A DNA stretch of 64,000 bases, taken from assembly GCA_030537595.1 (NCBI GenBank), contig JAUNVR010000002.1:5750-69749 (forward strand), written 5' to 3'. Shown here piece by piece: positions 62,553 through 64,000 of this stretch; position 1 is the first letter of the stretch, and every line of letters starts with the position of its first letter. The DNA is from Eubacteriales bacterium (GTDB taxonomy: Bacteria; Bacillota; Clostridia; Saccharofermentanales; DTU023). The notes beneath the pieces were generated by a model, which was given only the letters and a program-made list of their open reading frames with translations, was not told the origin of the DNA and made no database searches. The position numbers and the translations under genes are program-made.

Positions 62553-64000
62553 ATGAATTATTTAGGTAAGTGTGAAAACTGTGGCAAAAATGAAGCCATA
62601 ATCGTAGTGCAAAATCAAGAGAATCCGAGTGAAGCACGGAAGCTTTGTTTGATTTGTGCGGAAGAATTGGGTGTCGGACAATTAAACAAGCTGTTGGAAC
62701 TTTGGGGTTATGCGGACTATGACGTGCAGGAAATGCAAAATACAGTCAATGAATTCTTTGCCAACTTTTCTGCTGATGATTCGCAGAATTTGCTGGATTT
62801 AAGTGGACTTCTTTCGGATTCACCAGACTTTGAAGAGGTACGGGCGGCTTTCCAGGAAAACGATTTCCCCCAAGCCCTGGAAAAACTGAAAGAGCTGGGC
62901 ATCAATCCAATGTCTTTTGACGACTTGGCAGCCTCAGCAGCTGATGGCTTCAAGGATTTGCAGGCTAGGTTAGCTCAATCTAAGGAGCAGGCAGATGACT
63001 TAAGCAGTCCTGAGACTGATCCTGACTTTAGCCTTTCCGCTGAGCTTAATCGAGCTGGCGAGGACTATAGTTCTGGGGCGGCCGAAGAGAGTCCTGAAAA
63101 TCCTGACGAGGGTAGACGTAGAAATCCCTTAGCTCAGTTATTTAGGAGCTGGACTGAGGGCTCTTCGGGTCAGCCGGAACCAGTTTCAGCGAGCCGCCAG
63201 CGCAAGCGCAGCAACACAAAGCAAAAGTACAAGTATCTTTACCAGTTTGGGGTCAACCTGAACGAAAAAGCTCGTGAAAATAAAATTGATCCAATCGTAG
63301 GCCGAGAGAAAGAGCTCGCCCGCTTGGCGCAAATTCTAAACCGTCGGCAAAAGAATAACCCGGCCTTAATCGGTGAGCCAGGAGTCGGCAAGACTGCCAT
63401 AGCCGAAGGGCTGGCCAAGCGGATTGTCGAAGGCAAGGTGCCTGCGAAGCTTTTAGATAAAGACCTGTACCTGATTGATATGTCATCGATGGTCGCTGGA
63501 ACTCAATTTAGAGGCCAGTTTGAAGCCCGGATTAAAGGGGTCATCGAAGATGCGAAGGATGCTGGAAATGTCATCCTAGTCATCGATGAGCTACATAATA
63601 TAATTGCTGCAGGTGATTCTGAAGGTGGGATGAACGCTGCTAATATCTTGAAACCAGCTTTGGCCAAGGGTGAAATATCAGTTATTGGCGCGACCACCCT
63701 GGATGAGTATCGCAAGTATATCGAGAAAGATTCAGCCCTCGAGAGAAGATTCCAGAAGCTGATGGTTGAGGAGCCTAGTGCAGAAGAAACATTTGATATT
63801 TTACAAGGTTTGAAGAAGCACTACGCAGACCACCACTTTGTGCTTTACCCAGATGAGACCATTGGCGCTGCTATCCAACTTTCACAGCGTTACTTGAATG
63901 AGCGCTATTTACCAGATAAGGCCATCGATATCTTAGATGAGGCCGGCAGTCAGCAGAACCTGAATAACGAACTTTTGGTCAAAGAGCGCGAGCGGGAACT
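62553..64000 (+). CDS. clpE: ClpE-type Hsp100/Clp ATPase, 5' part (runs off the window end)
   Basis: This gene is absent from the supplied ORF track. My own translation from the ATG at 62553 is open to nt 64000. It has an N-terminal C4 zinc ribbon (CENCGKN...CLICAEE), about 190 aa of acidic low-complexity linker, then the Clp D1 module: DPIVGREKELARLAQILNRRQKNNPALIGEPGVGKTAIAEGLA, Walker B VILVIDELH, and ALERRFQ. Confidence 0.85.
   Translation, partial: MNYLGKCENCGKNEAIIVVQNQENPSEARKLCLICAEELGVGQLNKLLELWGYADYDVQEMQNTVNEFFANFSADDSQNLLDLSGLLSDSPDFEEVRAAFQENDFPQALEKLKELGINPMSFDDLAASAADGFKDLQARLAQSKEQADDLSSPETDPDFSLSAELNRAGEDYSSGAAEESPENPDEGRRRNPLAQLFRSWTEGSSGQPEPVSASRQRKRSNTKQKYKYLYQFGVNLNEKARENKIDPIVGREKELARLAQILNRRQKNNPALIGEPGVGKTAIAEGLAKRIVEGKVPAKLLDKDLYLIDMSSMVAGTQFRGQFEARIKGVIEDAKDAGNVILVIDELHNIIAAGDSEGGMNAANILKPALAKGEISVIGATTLDEYRKYIEKDSALERRFQKLMVEEPSAEETFDILQGLKKHYADHHFVLYPDETIGAAIQLSQRYLNERYLPDKAIDILDEAGSQQNLNNELLVKERERE

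Noticed and set aside
1-64000. Scanned for CRISPR arrays, rRNA genes, and transposases, integrases or other prophage genes.
   Set aside because: No regularly spaced direct repeats, no 16S/23S/5S-like sequence and no transposase, integrase or phage structural motifs were seen in any of the listed ORFs. The window appears to be stable core chromosome apart from the two blocks highlighted.

Overview
This is a 64 kb chromosomal segment from a Gram-positive (Bacillota-type), probably anaerobic bacterium. I infer that from ClpE, RqcH, ComEC-HolA, YhaO/YhaN, NfnAB and a membrane pyrophosphatase, lipobox lipoproteins, AGGAGG ribosome-binding sites and frequent TTG/GTG starts. I call about 55 protein genes, almost all on the + strand, and three singleton tRNAs: Thr-CGT, Lys-CTT and Glu-CTC. 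Most of the window is housekeeping: rqcH, engB, comEC-holA, asnS, radC-mreCD-PBP2, pheST, secA, infC-rpmI-rplT, uvrA and clpE. Two blocks look accessory and are the best candidates for under-described biology. The first is an 11-gene iron-acquisition island at 26.9-38.4 kb. It holds an FTR1 permease, a P19/Tp34-type lipoprotein, a DUF2318 Cys-rich membrane protein, two FtsX permeases and an ATPase, then an FMN-binding lipoprotein with a flavinylation motif, a second DUF4418-FtsX-ATPase pump and an orphan family-5 solute-binding lipoprotein. The second is a three-gene TadE/TadG-like pseudopilin cluster at 20.1-22.8 kb, between pheT and secA, with no Tad secretion machinery in the window. Smaller oddities:
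- Twin 407-aa divergent PRPP-synthetase paralogs.
- A methylglyoxal-synthase homolog that has lost its catalytic residues.
- An SbcC-like ATPase with a transmembrane hairpin where a zinc hook would sit.
- An orphan citX.
- An infC leader/attenuator with a non-AUG start.

The supplied ORF track misses a clpE-type gene (62553 to the window end) because it runs off the edge. I saw no rRNA, CRISPR array, IS element or prophage genes. All functional calls rest on motif recognition by eye. No database search was run.
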